DNA from: Pirellulales bacterium
GTDB lineage: Bacteria > Planctomycetota > Planctomycetia > Pirellulales > JAICIG01
Direction: 5' to 3'
Assembly: GCA_035532215.1 (NCBI GenBank)
Contig: DATKRK010000356.1
Location: 1,682 to 65,681, forward strand
Length of the DNA: 64,000 bases
How positions within the stretch are numbered: position 1 is the first letter of the stretch; each line of letters opens with the position of its first letter. The notes under the pieces were generated by a model, which did not search any database, was not told the DNA's origin, and was given only the letters and a program-made list of their open reading frames with translations. Both the position numbers and the translations under genes were made by a program. This document shows, piece after piece, positions 34,249 through 43,148 of the stretch.

Positions 34249-36087
34249 ATGGATGCATCTATCTTGCCGCCGGACGGCCGACGCCGCTGGTTTTTCGAGC
34301 CGCAAATTGGGCTGCTCGCGTTGTTGGTCTTCGGGATTTATTTCACCCGGCTGGCCGATTTGACGCTGCGCGGCGAAGAAACGCGCCGGGCCCGGGTGGC
34401 GATCGAGATGCTCGAAACGGGCGATTTCATTGTCCCTCGCGAGCAAGGCCGGCTGTTCCCCGATCGGCCGCCGCTGGGCAATTGGGTGATCGCGCTGAGC
34501 ATGCTGGCCTGCGGCAATCACGACGTCGTCGCCGTGCGGCTGCCGACCGTGCTGGCCACGCTCTTGACGACGATCTTGATCTACGGCTACTCGCGCAGGT
34601 TTTTGTCCGCCCTGGGCTCGATGGCGGCCGGCGCCGCCTACGCCACGATGGGGCAGGTGCTGCAACTCGGCTTTCTGGCCGAGACCGAGGCCACGCTCAC
34701 GCTGTTCGTCGGAGCGTCGCTGTTGGTCTGGCACGGGGGCTATGCGAGCGGCTGGCCGAAGCTTGTCACATGGACCGCCGGCTATGCCTTGGTTGGTCTG
34801 GCGGCGCTGGCCAAAGGGCCGCAGGGGCCGATTTATTTTGGCGGCGCCGTCGCGGTCTACCTGGCGCTCAAGCGTGATTGGCGAATGTTGTTTTCCTGGT
34901 CGCACCTCGCCGGGCTAGCCGTGTTCGCGGCGGTCGTCGGCGTCTGGCAGATTCCCTATTCGTCGCAAGTCGAATGGGAAAAAGTCTTGCAGACCTGGGG
35001 CCACACTTCCGCCGCGCGGTTCGATTACTCCAATCTATGGCCGGTCGTGAAGCATCTGCTGACTTATCCTTGGGAGATTCTCGGCTGCCTGTTGCCCTGG
35101 TCGCCTTGGCTGGCCGCGTTTTCGAATCGCGACTTTCGCCGCTCGCTCGGCGCCGCGCGCGACCCGGCGATCTTTCTGACGGTCGCCATTCTCGTGGCCT
35201 TTCCGACCTGCTGGCTGGCCCCGCAGGCCCGCGGCCGGTACTTCATGCCGCTCTATCCGTGCTTTGCTCCGCTGGTCGGCTTGGCGATCGAGCGGGCGCT
35301 GGCGGCGTCGCGCGTTGTCTCTCGGGCGGCAACTGGAAATGTCGGGTGGCTGGGGCTGAGCCAAGGCGAAGCCCCAGTTCGCTGGGGCATCGCTTCGCTC
35401 TGCCGCCAGCCACCCTCGACAAGTCAAAAACTGGCGCGAATGTGGCGCGTGTACTTCACCGCGGCGGCGAGCCTGCTCGTGCTGGCGGGCGCCGCCGTAC
35501 CGGCGATCAGCGTCGCCGGCCTGGCTCAAGAAGCGCCCTTTTCGCAGCCGCTCGGTTTCGCCGCAGCCTATGCGGCACTGGCCTGGCTGGCGGCCGCGGT
35601 TGTCTGGAAGGCAAGCAGCGGCGAGCGGCCGCGGCAAGCCGCGGCCGGCCTGCTGGCCCTGGCCGGCTTTTTGGGGCTGACCTTTAGCGGCTTGATGATG
35701 AACGATTGGATCCGCCGCAGCGAAGACATCGCGGGACACGTGGCGGCGCTCAAGACGCGGCTGCCGCCGGATGTGCGGCTGGTCAGCTTCGGCCGCGCAC
35801 ATCACCCGTTCGTCTACTATTACGGCGAGACGATCCCCTGGCTCGATTGGCCGACGAAGGCCGACGCAAGCGCGCCGGAAGCGGTCGGCCCGGGCGACTA
35901 TTTCTGCTTTCACTCGGTGCGCGGCCGCCGCAAGCCGCTGCCGTTCGACTGGGTCGAGGTCGCAGAGATTTCTTGCGACCGTTATCGCCGCGAGCAGCCG
36001 GTCGACGCAATGGTCATCGGCCGGCGAGTCGCATCAAGCGAGCACGACCTGGCCAAGGTCGACGACGAAAAACAGTCGCGAAAATAG
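34249..36087 (+). CDS. ArnT/PMT-like glycosyltransferase (GT39/GT83-type, dolichyl/undecaprenyl-phosphate-sugar dependent)
   Basis: Multi-TM protein. The N-terminal motif region reads RGEETRRARVAIEMLETGDFIVPREQGRLFPDRPPLGNWVIAL, followed by GLAALAKGPQGPIYF. ATG is at 34249 and the ORF is open from 34225. It contains an in-frame family B repeat. Confidence 0.85.
   Translation: MDASILPPDGRRRWFFEPQIGLLALLVFGIYFTRLADLTLRGEETRRARVAIEMLETGDFIVPREQGRLFPDRPPLGNWVIALSMLACGNHDVVAVRLPTVLATLLTTILIYGYSRRFLSALGSMAAGAAYATMGQVLQLGFLAETEATLTLFVGASLLVWHGGYASGWPKLVTWTAGYALVGLAALAKGPQGPIYFGGAVAVYLALKRDWRMLFSWSHLAGLAVFAAVVGVWQIPYSSQVEWEKVLQTWGHTSAARFDYSNLWPVVKHLLTYPWEILGCLLPWSPWLAAFSNRDFRRSLGAARDPAIFLTVAILVAFPTCWLAPQARGRYFMPLYPCFAPLVGLAIERALAASRVVSRAATGNVGWLGLSQGEAPVRWGIASLCRQPPSTSQKLARMWRVYFTAAASLLVLAGAAVPAISVAGLAQEAPFSQPLGFAAAYAALAWLAAAVVWKASSGERPRQAAAGLLALAGFLGLTFSGLMMNDWIRRSEDIAGHVAALKTRLPPDVRLVSFGRAHHPFVYYYGETIPWLDWPTKADASAPEAVGPGDYFCFHSVRGRRKPLPFDWVEVAEISCDRYRREQPVDAMVIGRRVASSEHDLAKVDDEKQSRK
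35344..35415 (+). repeat. Repeat family B copy (72 nt, 10-bp terminal inverted repeats GGGTGGCTGG/CCAGCCACCC) inside the glycosyltransferase ORF
   Basis: GGGTGGCTGGGGCTGAGCCAAGGCGAAGCCCCAGTTCGCTGGGGCATCGCTTCGCTCTGCCGCCAGCCACCC is exactly 24 codons and is translated as GWLGLSQGEAPVRWGIASLCRQPP. Confidence 0.88.
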
Positions 36088-36108
36088 CCCCTGAAGAAAA
36101 GCAGTGGG

Positions 36109-36325
36109 CTTAAGAGATCACGAAAGCGCGAGAACACGAAAGTTAAGTTAGGACTTATGACGCCCGGACGATCTCGTTGATGGCTTTGCCGTCCTTTCGC
36201 GTTTTCGTGATTTGCCTTCGTCTGCCAGCGCCTAATTGCGCTCGGTTCGCTGGGGCATCGCTTCGCTCTGCCGCCAGCCACCCCTGCCGCCGAAGTTGGC
36301 AGCGCACTTAAGAGATCACGAAAAG
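36109..36325. repeat. Repeat-filled convergent spacer: 17-nt direct repeat CTTAAGAGATCACGAAA at both ends, partial family B copy inside
   Basis: The direct repeats lie at 36109-36125 and 36307-36323. The partial family B copy lies at 36246-36283. CACGAAAG / CTTTCGCG(T)TTTCGTG motifs lie between them. Confidence 0.7.
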
Positions 36326-36356
36326 GCCATGCACAGCGCTGCCTAGTCCATGCTGC

Positions 36357-37652
36357 CTAGTCCATGTGCATGGCCTTGGCGCCGCTGATCAGGTTGATGA
36401 AGTCGCGGTTGCACTTGAACCGCGAGAGCTGCTTGGTGAGCTGCTCCATCGCGTCGACGTGGTGCATGCTCGACAGCGTCCGCCGCAGCATGGTCACCGC
36501 GTGCAGCGTGTCGGGATCGAGCAGCTTTTCTTCGCGCCGCGTACCCGACTGGCTGATGTCGATGGCGGGCCAGACGCGGCGGTCGGCCAGCTTGCGGTCG
36601 AGCACCAGTTCCATGTTGCCGGTGCCCTTGAACTCCTGGAAGATCAGTTCGTCCATGCGGCTGCCGGTGTCGACCAGGGCCGTAGCGACGATCGTCAGCG
36701 AGCCCCCTTCCTCGAACACGCGGGCCGTGGCGAACAGCTTCTTGGGGATGTCGAGCGCCTTGATGTCGACGCCGCCCGACATCGTGCGGCCCGTATTGCC
36801 GACCCACTTGTTGAAGGCTCGGGCCATGCGAGTGATGGAATCCATCAGCAAGAACACGTCGTGGCCCATCTCCACGAGCCGCTTGCAACGCTCGATCGCC
36901 AGTTGCGAGAGTCGCACGTGGCTTTCCACGTCGCGGTCGAGGCTGCTGGCGATCACCTCGCCGTTGACGTTGCGGCGCATGTCGGTGACTTCTTCGGGCC
37001 GCTCGTCGACCAGCAGCACGAACAGCTTGACCTCGGGATAGTTGGTCGAGATCGACTGGCTGATCTGCTGCAAGAGGATCGTCTTGCCGGTCCGCGGCGG
37101 GGCGACGATCAACGCCCGCTGGCCCTTGCCTAGCGGCGTGAGCAAGTCCATCACGCGCGGGCTAAGCGGCGTGGCGCCGGTTTCCAGTTGCAGCCAGCTT
37201 TCGGGGTTGATTGGCGTCATCGCGTCGAAGCTTTTGACGTTGACGTATTCCTCCGGCTTCATGCCGTCGATATCGAGGATTTCGCGGAGCCGCGGGCCTT
37301 GCTGCTTGCGGCTGGGCTGCACCATGCCGTTGATCAGCAAGCCCTCGCGCAAACCGAACTTGTCGATCATCGTGCCGGGCACGAAGGGGTCGGTGCGCTC
37401 GCGTTGATAGTTGTTCGTCGTGTCGCGAAGAAAGCCGTAGCCGTTGGGGTGCAGTTCCAACACGCCGGAGGCCGGTACGGTGGGGACCGGTTCGCCATTT
37501 TCCAGGACCTCCGGCTCGTTCTGCGGGGGACGATCGCCCTGCGGGCGTTGTCGCCGGCCGCGTCCACGTTGCTGGTGGCCGTTTTGATGATGGAACCCGC
37601 CATGCCCACCGGCGGGACCTCGCCCGCCGCGACTACGTTTCTTCTTCGCCAT
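36357..37652 (-). CDS. rho: Transcription termination factor Rho (with Arg/Gly-rich N-terminal extension)
   Basis: 431 aa. The RNA-binding domain has GVLELHPNGYGFLRD. Walker A is GKGQRALIVAPPRTGKT, Walker B is FVLLVDERPEEV, and the Q and R loops are present. Confidence 0.95.
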   Translation of the reverse strand: MAKKKRSRGGRGPAGGHGGFHHQNGHQQRGRGRRQRPQGDRPPQNEPEVLENGEPVPTVPASGVLELHPNGYGFLRDTTNNYQRERTDPFVPGTMIDKFGLREGLLINGMVQPSRKQQGPRLREILDIDGMKPEEYVNVKSFDAMTPINPESWLQLETGATPLSPRVMDLLTPLGKGQRALIVAPPRTGKTILLQQISQSISTNYPEVKLFVLLVDERPEEVTDMRRNVNGEVIASSLDRDVESHVRLSQLAIERCKRLVEMGHDVFLLMDSITRMARAFNKWVGNTGRTMSGGVDIKALDIPKKLFATARVFEEGGSLTIVATALVDTGSRMDELIFQEFKGTGNMELVLDRKLADRRVWPAIDISQSGTRREEKLLDPDTLHAVTMLRRTLSSMHHVDAMEQLTKQLSRFKCNRDFINLISGAKAMHMD

Positions 37653-38373
37653 TTCTCACCACAAAAAGAATGTTCACGCTCTGCGAATCGTTCGCGAGTT
37701 CGACATAGGCGCAATCAATCGCCGAAGTTTGGGGGCGAACCCAAAATAGATTCGGATGAACCTTCGGCGCCTAGCCTCAGGCCCTAACTAAAAGAAGTCA
37801 ATTCTCGCCCGACGACGAAAACTGGATCGAAACTAGGTCGACTCGGAAGTTCGCATCCGAAAATGCTTCGCTCTCGCTGCCAACGAGAACCCCCTGCCGA
37901 TCGAGCACCAGGGTATCCCAACGAGCACGGCCCGCCGAAATAGCGACTACCGCCCAGAGTCGTCAAAAAGCAGGAGACTCAAGGCCAGAAGCGGCTCATG
38001 CCCCCCCGAACTCATCGGCCTCATTCAAGGCGGCGGCCTCAATCAAGGCGTCTGTCCAGGGGCACCCCTACGATTACCTCATCGTCTGGGCAACATGCCT
38101 ATCTGTCAGGCAAGACGTAAAACTAAGCAAATCTTACCCGGCTGCTCGGCTGTGTCAAGCGATCTATCGGCGATTCCCGCTAAAATTCCGCTTCGGGGGC
38201 CGTGTTTCTTCCCTGGATTCTCGGCGAAACCTCTGTACCGAAGCGGCAGATCGGTTCCCAATTAGGCAGGGCCGTCAAGATTGTTGCAACCCGTTCTATC
38301 CCGCCGACCGATACAAACATCGGTTCCGCGAATTTCGCGGGAAATGCCCGGACTTTTTTTCGAGATACTATCG

Positions 38374-39717
38374 ATGAAACCGGTACTAAGCTGGGGGGTA
38401 TACGCGGCGCTGGCAGCTTTGGCCGGCGCTGTTCCTGCAATCGCTGCCGATGGATTTCGTTGGGAGAGGGATCTGGCGAGCGCTCAGCTTGAAGCGCGCC
38501 AGTCGGGCCGCCTGGTCTGGATCCATTTCGGCGGCCCGTGGTGCGGGCCTTGCCAGTTCTTGGAACGCAATGTCTTCAGCCAGCCGGGATTTGGCCGCGA
38601 GCTGGCGGCGGACTACGTGGCCGTGAAGATCGACCCGCGCAGCTCCCCGGAAGCCAAAGAGATTGCCGCAAAGTACGGGGTCGAGCGCGTGCCGTTCGAC
38701 GTGATTGCGCGGCCTAGCGGCCAACTGGTGTTGCCCGTCCAGAGCCCGACTACGGCGGCGGCTTATGCGAGCATCTGGTCGAATGTCGCCCGTCAGGAGC
38801 GTCTTGATGCACCGCCCGCGTCTGGCCCTGCAACGACTCCCTCGAATCCGCCGCCCCAGGTTGCGAGCCAAGGCGCCCGCGGCGATCGATTGGCTGCGCG
38901 GCCTGCCGACAACCGCTACGCCGACTACTACAACGGGGGGCAAGGCGTCGAGCGCGAGCCTTACCAACCGCCCGTAGGCAATCGGCCCCCGCAAACGGCA
39001 TCCCAGCCGCCAGTTCAAACCGCTTCGGCGCCGGCGGATCGCTATGCGGATCGTTCCGCCAACCGTTATCAAAATCAGTCAGTCGACCCGTCGCGTCCAA
39101 TTTCCGAGGACCGCTATTCTACCGAGAATCGATACCCCCCGTCGCAAGATCGCTACGCGCCGCAGCCGGCGAATTCGAGCTTCCCGAGCCGCGCCGATGC
39201 GGCGAATCAAGCGCAAGCGAACGCGGACGCGCGCTATGGCGCCGCCGCGCAAACGCAGAGTGCGGCCCAATCGCAGCCGCAGCAGCAACCGTCCGACGAG
39301 CCGCCGGCCGACGAGCAGTTGGCCAACGAGACGCCCTCGCTCGAATCAAAGCTGCCGCCGGGCAGCCCGCCGCTGGCGTTAGACGGGTACTGCGTGGTCT
39401 CGCTGTTCGAGAATAGAAAGCAATGGCAACAAGGCGACGTCAAGTGGGGCGTCATTCATCGCGGGCAGTTGTACCTGTTCGTCAGCCAAGAGGCACAGCA
39501 GAAATTCATGGCCAATCCCGACAATTACTGCCCGGTTTGTCGGGGTCACGATCCGGTGCTCGTCTTGGATCAAAATCAGGCCGTGCCGGGACGCCGCCAA
39601 TACGGCGTTTTCTATGGAGAGCGGATTTTCCTGTTTGCCAACGAATCCACGCTCGAGCAATTCTCGCAAAATCCGAAGCGTTACAGCGCGGAGATTTTGC
39701 AGGCCATGCGCCAATAA
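38374..39717 (+). CDS. Secreted thioredoxin-fold protein with Gln/Pro-rich linker and two C-terminal YHS-like repeats
   Basis: Internal ATG gives MKPVLSWGVYAALAALAGAVPAIAA (signal). The thioredoxin motif is LVWIHFGGPWCGPCQ. The C-terminus reads DGYCVVSL...GQLYLFVSQEAQQKFMANPDNYCPVCRGHDPV...GERIFLFANESTLEQFSQNPKRY. Confidence 0.8.
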   Translation: MKPVLSWGVYAALAALAGAVPAIAADGFRWERDLASAQLEARQSGRLVWIHFGGPWCGPCQFLERNVFSQPGFGRELAADYVAVKIDPRSSPEAKEIAAKYGVERVPFDVIARPSGQLVLPVQSPTTAAAYASIWSNVARQERLDAPPASGPATTPSNPPPQVASQGARGDRLAARPADNRYADYYNGGQGVEREPYQPPVGNRPPQTASQPPVQTASAPADRYADRSANRYQNQSVDPSRPISEDRYSTENRYPPSQDRYAPQPANSSFPSRADAANQAQANADARYGAAAQTQSAAQSQPQQQPSDEPPADEQLANETPSLESKLPPGSPPLALDGYCVVSLFENRKQWQQGDVKWGVIHRGQLYLFVSQEAQQKFMANPDNYCPVCRGHDPVLVLDQNQAVPGRRQYGVFYGERIFLFANESTLEQFSQNPKRYSAEILQAMRQ

Positions 39718-39797
39718 CGCGGCGGGCCGATTCAAACGGGCTCGTCCAAACGCCGCGAACTAAGCATAGAGGATTAAATAACCTCCCAATTTACCGT

Positions 39798-39870
39798 GGG
39801 TGCCTGGCGGCTGAGCCTAGGCGAAGCCCCAGATCGCTGGGGCATCGCTTCGCTCTGCCACCAGGCGCCC
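39798..39870 (+). repeat. Repeat family B copy (73 nt) in a convergent spacer
   Basis: GGGTGCCTGGCGGCTGAGCCTAGGCGAAGCCCCAGATCGCTGGGGCATCGCTTCGCTCTGCCACCAGGCGCCC. Confidence 0.85.
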
Positions 39871-39904
39871 GTTGCAGCGTAGGGAAATTATTTAATCCTC
39901 GATG

Positions 39905-40861
39905 CTAACCGGAGGCTGACGCCTCCGGCTCGCCTGGTGAAGCATCGCTGTTGTCGTGCGTCACGCGCAGGAAGAATTGCTCCAAGTCTTCCTCGTCGGG
40001 CTTAAGGTGCTTGAGCGTCACGCCGCTGTCGGCAGCCAAGCGAAAGAATTCGAGCGTGCTCCACCCCGGCGGCACGGCGGCGATCGCTCGCGCCCCGTTG
40101 CGTCCGCTCAATTCGGCGCCCGCCGCGGCGAGTGCGGCCAAGAATCGCTCGCTCGGCCCTTCCCAGCCCAACTCGTAGCGGTTGCCGCCGCTGGCTCGCA
40201 GGTCTTCCATCGTGCCCGAGCGCACGATCGTGCCGCGGTCGAGCACGACGATTTGCCGGCAGAGCCGCTCAACGTCGCCCAGCAAATGCGTGCAGAGGAT
40301 CACGCTCTTGCCGGTCTCGGCGATCAAGTCGTCGAGCAGTTCGAGCATCGCCGCGCGACCCGCGGGGTCGAGTCCGTTGGTCGGCTCATCCAGCAAGAGC
40401 AGTTCGGGATCGTGAACCAGCGCGGCGGCCAGCTTGAGCCGCTGCAGATTGCCGGTCGAGTATTCTTCCAGCCGGCGATAGCGTAACTCGCCGAGGCCGA
40501 CGTAATTGAGCACTTCGTGCGCGCGGCGCTTGGCGTCGCGATGCGGCATGCCGTACAGGTCGCCGGCCAGGGCTACGAACTCGACGCCGCGAAGCACGGG
40601 CACGATGGCGGCCGATTCCGACATGTAGCCGATACGGCCGCGCAATTCGGTGCTGGAGCGGAGCAGGTCGCAACCCAAAATCTCGCCCTGGCCGGCGTCG
40701 GGCTTGAGCAGACCGAGCAAAATCTTGAGCAACGTCGACTTGCCTGCCCCATTGTTGCCGACCAGGCCGATCGTGCCGGGCTCGAGCGAGAGCGTCACGT
40801 CGTGCAAGGCACGTACAGGGCCGTAGCTGCGGCTGAGTTGGCGGACGTCGACCAGCGGCAT
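39905..40861 (-). CDS. ABC transporter ATP-binding protein (ABC-2/DrrA-like)
   Basis: Walker A is GNNGAGKSTLL, the signature is YSTGNLQRLKLA, and Walker B is LLLLDEPTNGLD. The C-terminal tail [11 protein letters not shown] is encoded by repeat family A (39909-39934). Confidence 0.92.
   Translation of the reverse strand: MPLVDVRQLSRSYGPVRALHDVTLSLEPGTIGLVGNNGAGKSTLLKILLGLLKPDAGQGEILGCDLLRSSTELRGRIGYMSESAAIVPVLRGVEFVALAGDLYGMPHRDAKRRAHEVLNYVGLGELRYRRLEEYSTGNLQRLKLAAALVHDPELLLLDEPTNGLDPAGRAAMLELLDDLIAETGKSVILCTHLLGDVERLCRQIVVLDRGTIVRSGTMEDLRASGGNRYELGWEGPSERFLAALAAAGAELSGRNGARAIAAVPPGWSTLEFFRLAADSGVTLKHLKPDEEDLEQFFLRVTHDNSDASPGEPEASASG
39909..39934. repeat. Repeat family A copy forming the last codons of the ABC ATPase gene
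   Basis: CCGGAGGCTGACGCCTCCGGCTCGCC is identical to 32602-32627. The stop codon TAG lies immediately after it. Confidence 0.9.
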
Positions 40862-40865
40862 GCGG

Positions 40866-41126
40866 TCAGGATTTGGCGAGCAGTTCTTCGAGCAATTTGG
40901 CCACCAGCGACGGATTATCGCTCTCGATAATGTGTGTTACCCGCGATGCCGGAATCTTGAGCTTTTCGAGCGAAGCTTTCACTCGCTCCCATTGCTTGGC
41001 TCGGGCTTTGCCTTCGGCCAGGTAAAGCTCGGTCACCTGTTCGCCGAGTCGCTGCAGCAGGATGGCATCGTGGTTCTGGTAATAGTTGCGGATGATCTTT
41101 GCTTGGTATTTGGTCCGTTCCGCCAT
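40866..41126 (-). CDS. Hypothetical small helical protein (86 aa)
   Basis: MAERTKYQAKIIRNYYQNHDAILLQRLGEQVTELYLAEGKARAKQWERVKASLEKL... The stop lies 4 nt upstream of the ABC ATPase start, so it is probably co-transcribed. Confidence 0.6.
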   Translation of the reverse strand: MAERTKYQAKIIRNYYQNHDAILLQRLGEQVTELYLAEGKARAKQWERVKASLEKLKIPASRVTHIIESDNPSLVAKLLEELLAKS

Positions 41127-41342
41127 AGGTTGGGCGCTTTCGAAAAACTTTGAGTGTTGAGTGCCGGCGGGCGATTGAGCGAACTCGGCCGGCGATCATA
41201 GCCCTGCCGGCATCCTGTTTCAGTTTACCGGCGAGCCCGCCACGCTGGCAAATCGGCTGGCGGCTTCCGCCGACTTGACAAAAGCCGCTCGGCGCCGTTC
41301 GCCCTCGCCGAATGGCCGCCAGAACTCTAAGATGGGCCGCTC

Positions 41343-42962
41343 ATGGCCAGCGCGGAACGAAGTCAATTATTCGCCGGTTTACGCGTCACCAGCTTCGGCA
41401 CGCTGGCCAGCCGCGTGCTGGGCATGCTCCGCGACGTGGCGACGGCGGCTTTGCTGGGCCTCTCGGGCGATGGCGTGATGGACGCCTTCGTGATCGCATT
41501 TCGCATTCCCAACCTGTTCCGCCGGCTGTTTGGCGAAGGCGCCTTGGCCGCCAGCTACCTGCCCGTCCTGTCGACCAAGCTCGAGCACGACCGCCGGGCG
41601 GCCTGGCAACTGGCCAGCGTCACGCTGGTCTGGCTGGCCATGATCCTGGCCGCCGTCGTGCTGGCAGCCGAAGGCGTTTGCGCCGGCGTTTGGCTGTTTT
41701 ACGGCGATGTGCCGGGCATGAAGCTGCTCGTCGGCTTGTCGGCCGTGATGCTGCCCTATCTGTTTTTCATTTGCCTGGCGGCGCAGGTGTCGGGCACACT
41801 GCACGCTCTGGCCCATTTCAGCACTCCAGCCCTGGCGCCTACGCTGTTGAACATCTGCTGGCTGGCGGCGATTTGGCTCTTTGCGCCGCGCTGGAGCGAC
41901 GATAAGCACGTTCAAGCCTATGTGTTGGCCTTGGCGGTGCTCGTCGCCGGAGTGCTGCAACTGGCCGCGCAACTTCCGGTGCTGCGCCGGTTGGGCTTCC
42001 GTTTCGATTACAATTGGCCGGCCAGCCGCGAGGCAGTCGGTCAGATCGTCCGCTCGATGGGCCCGATGGTAGTCGGACTGGCGGTCACGCAGATCAATTC
42101 CTTTTTCGACAGTATCCTTGCCTGGGGGCTGGCCGCCCCCGCCGACGGGGCAGCGCAAATTGCTTGGTTGGGAGGCGCCATTGAATATCCGCTGAAACAA
42201 GGCGCGGCGGCTGCAATTTACTACGGCGAACGGTTGTATCAATTCCCGCTGGGCTTGCTCGGCATGGCGGTGGCCACGGTGATCTTTCCCGCCCTCAGCC
42301 GCCACGCCGCCCGCGGCCAGTTCGATCGCCTGGGCGAGGATCTGACACTGGGCGTGCGGCTAGTATTGTTTCTGGCAGTTCCGGCCGGCGCGGGTTTGAT
42401 GCTCATCAGCGAACCGCTAGCACGACTGCTGTTCCAGCACGGCGCCTTTACCGCACAGGACGCGGCTCGGGTGGCGCGGATGATCGCCTGCTATGGTCTG
42501 GGCGTGTGGGCTTTTTGTGCTGCGCCGGTGGTCGTGCGCGGCTATTACGCCTTGGGCGATCGAACCACGCCGCTGAGAGTAGGAATGGTCTCGATGCTGG
42601 TCAATCTGGCGTTGAATCTGGCGCTGGTTTGGCCGCTGGCAGAGGCCGGGTTGGCCCTTGCCACCTCGCTGTCCGCCATGCTGCAAGTGGCGTTGCTCTT
42701 AAGCCGGTTCTCGCGACACGGCGGTTGTCTGGGTTGGGCCGAAATCGGCCGGACCACGATCCTGACGCTGGCGGCGACCGCCTGCATGCTGGCCGCCGGG
42801 TACGCCGCGATGGCCTGGGCGCCGCACGATTTCGGCCTCGGCAAAGAATTTGCCCGCGTCGCGGCGCCAATCGTCGCCGGCTCGGCCGCGTTTCTGGCCG
42901 TCAGCCGGTTGCTCAAGGCCGAGGAATTGCGGTTGTTGCTCGTCTCCCGCGGTAGGAGATAG
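41343..42962 (+). CDS. murJ: Lipid II flippase MurJ (MviN family)
   Basis: 539 aa. The N-terminus reads SFGTLASRVLGMLRDVATAALLGLSGDGVMDAFVIAFRIPNLFRRLFGEGALAASYLPV. The topology has about 14 TM helices. Confidence 0.92.
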   Translation: MASAERSQLFAGLRVTSFGTLASRVLGMLRDVATAALLGLSGDGVMDAFVIAFRIPNLFRRLFGEGALAASYLPVLSTKLEHDRRAAWQLASVTLVWLAMILAAVVLAAEGVCAGVWLFYGDVPGMKLLVGLSAVMLPYLFFICLAAQVSGTLHALAHFSTPALAPTLLNICWLAAIWLFAPRWSDDKHVQAYVLALAVLVAGVLQLAAQLPVLRRLGFRFDYNWPASREAVGQIVRSMGPMVVGLAVTQINSFFDSILAWGLAAPADGAAQIAWLGGAIEYPLKQGAAAAIYYGERLYQFPLGLLGMAVATVIFPALSRHAARGQFDRLGEDLTLGVRLVLFLAVPAGAGLMLISEPLARLLFQHGAFTAQDAARVARMIACYGLGVWAFCAAPVVVRGYYALGDRTTPLRVGMVSMLVNLALNLALVWPLAEAGLALATSLSAMLQVALLLSRFSRHGGCLGWAEIGRTTILTLAATACMLAAGYAAMAWAPHDFGLGKEFARVAAPIVAGSAAFLAVSRLLKAEELRLLLVSRGRR

Positions 42963-43148
42963 GCAGTAGGCGGTAGGAGGCAGATTGTAAACGGCACGCG
43001 GGAGACGCTTGGGGACGGGCCTTCGCGCCAGGCTCTCTCGGCGCCTTTCGCCGCCCGATTTTCCGCGGCATTCTTCGCGCGGACGGCCAAACGGATTAAA
43101 ATTCGGGCTTTGACACTGTTCGCATTTTTCCAGCACGCAGGGACTTCG

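Noticed and set aside
37653-38373. Known structured RNAs (RNase P, tmRNA, SRP, 6S) in the rho upstream region
   Set aside because: None of the hallmark conserved motifs (for example the RNase P P4 GAGGAAAGUCC or a tRNA-like TPsiC GGTTCGAATCC) were seen. It is left as an open non-coding region.
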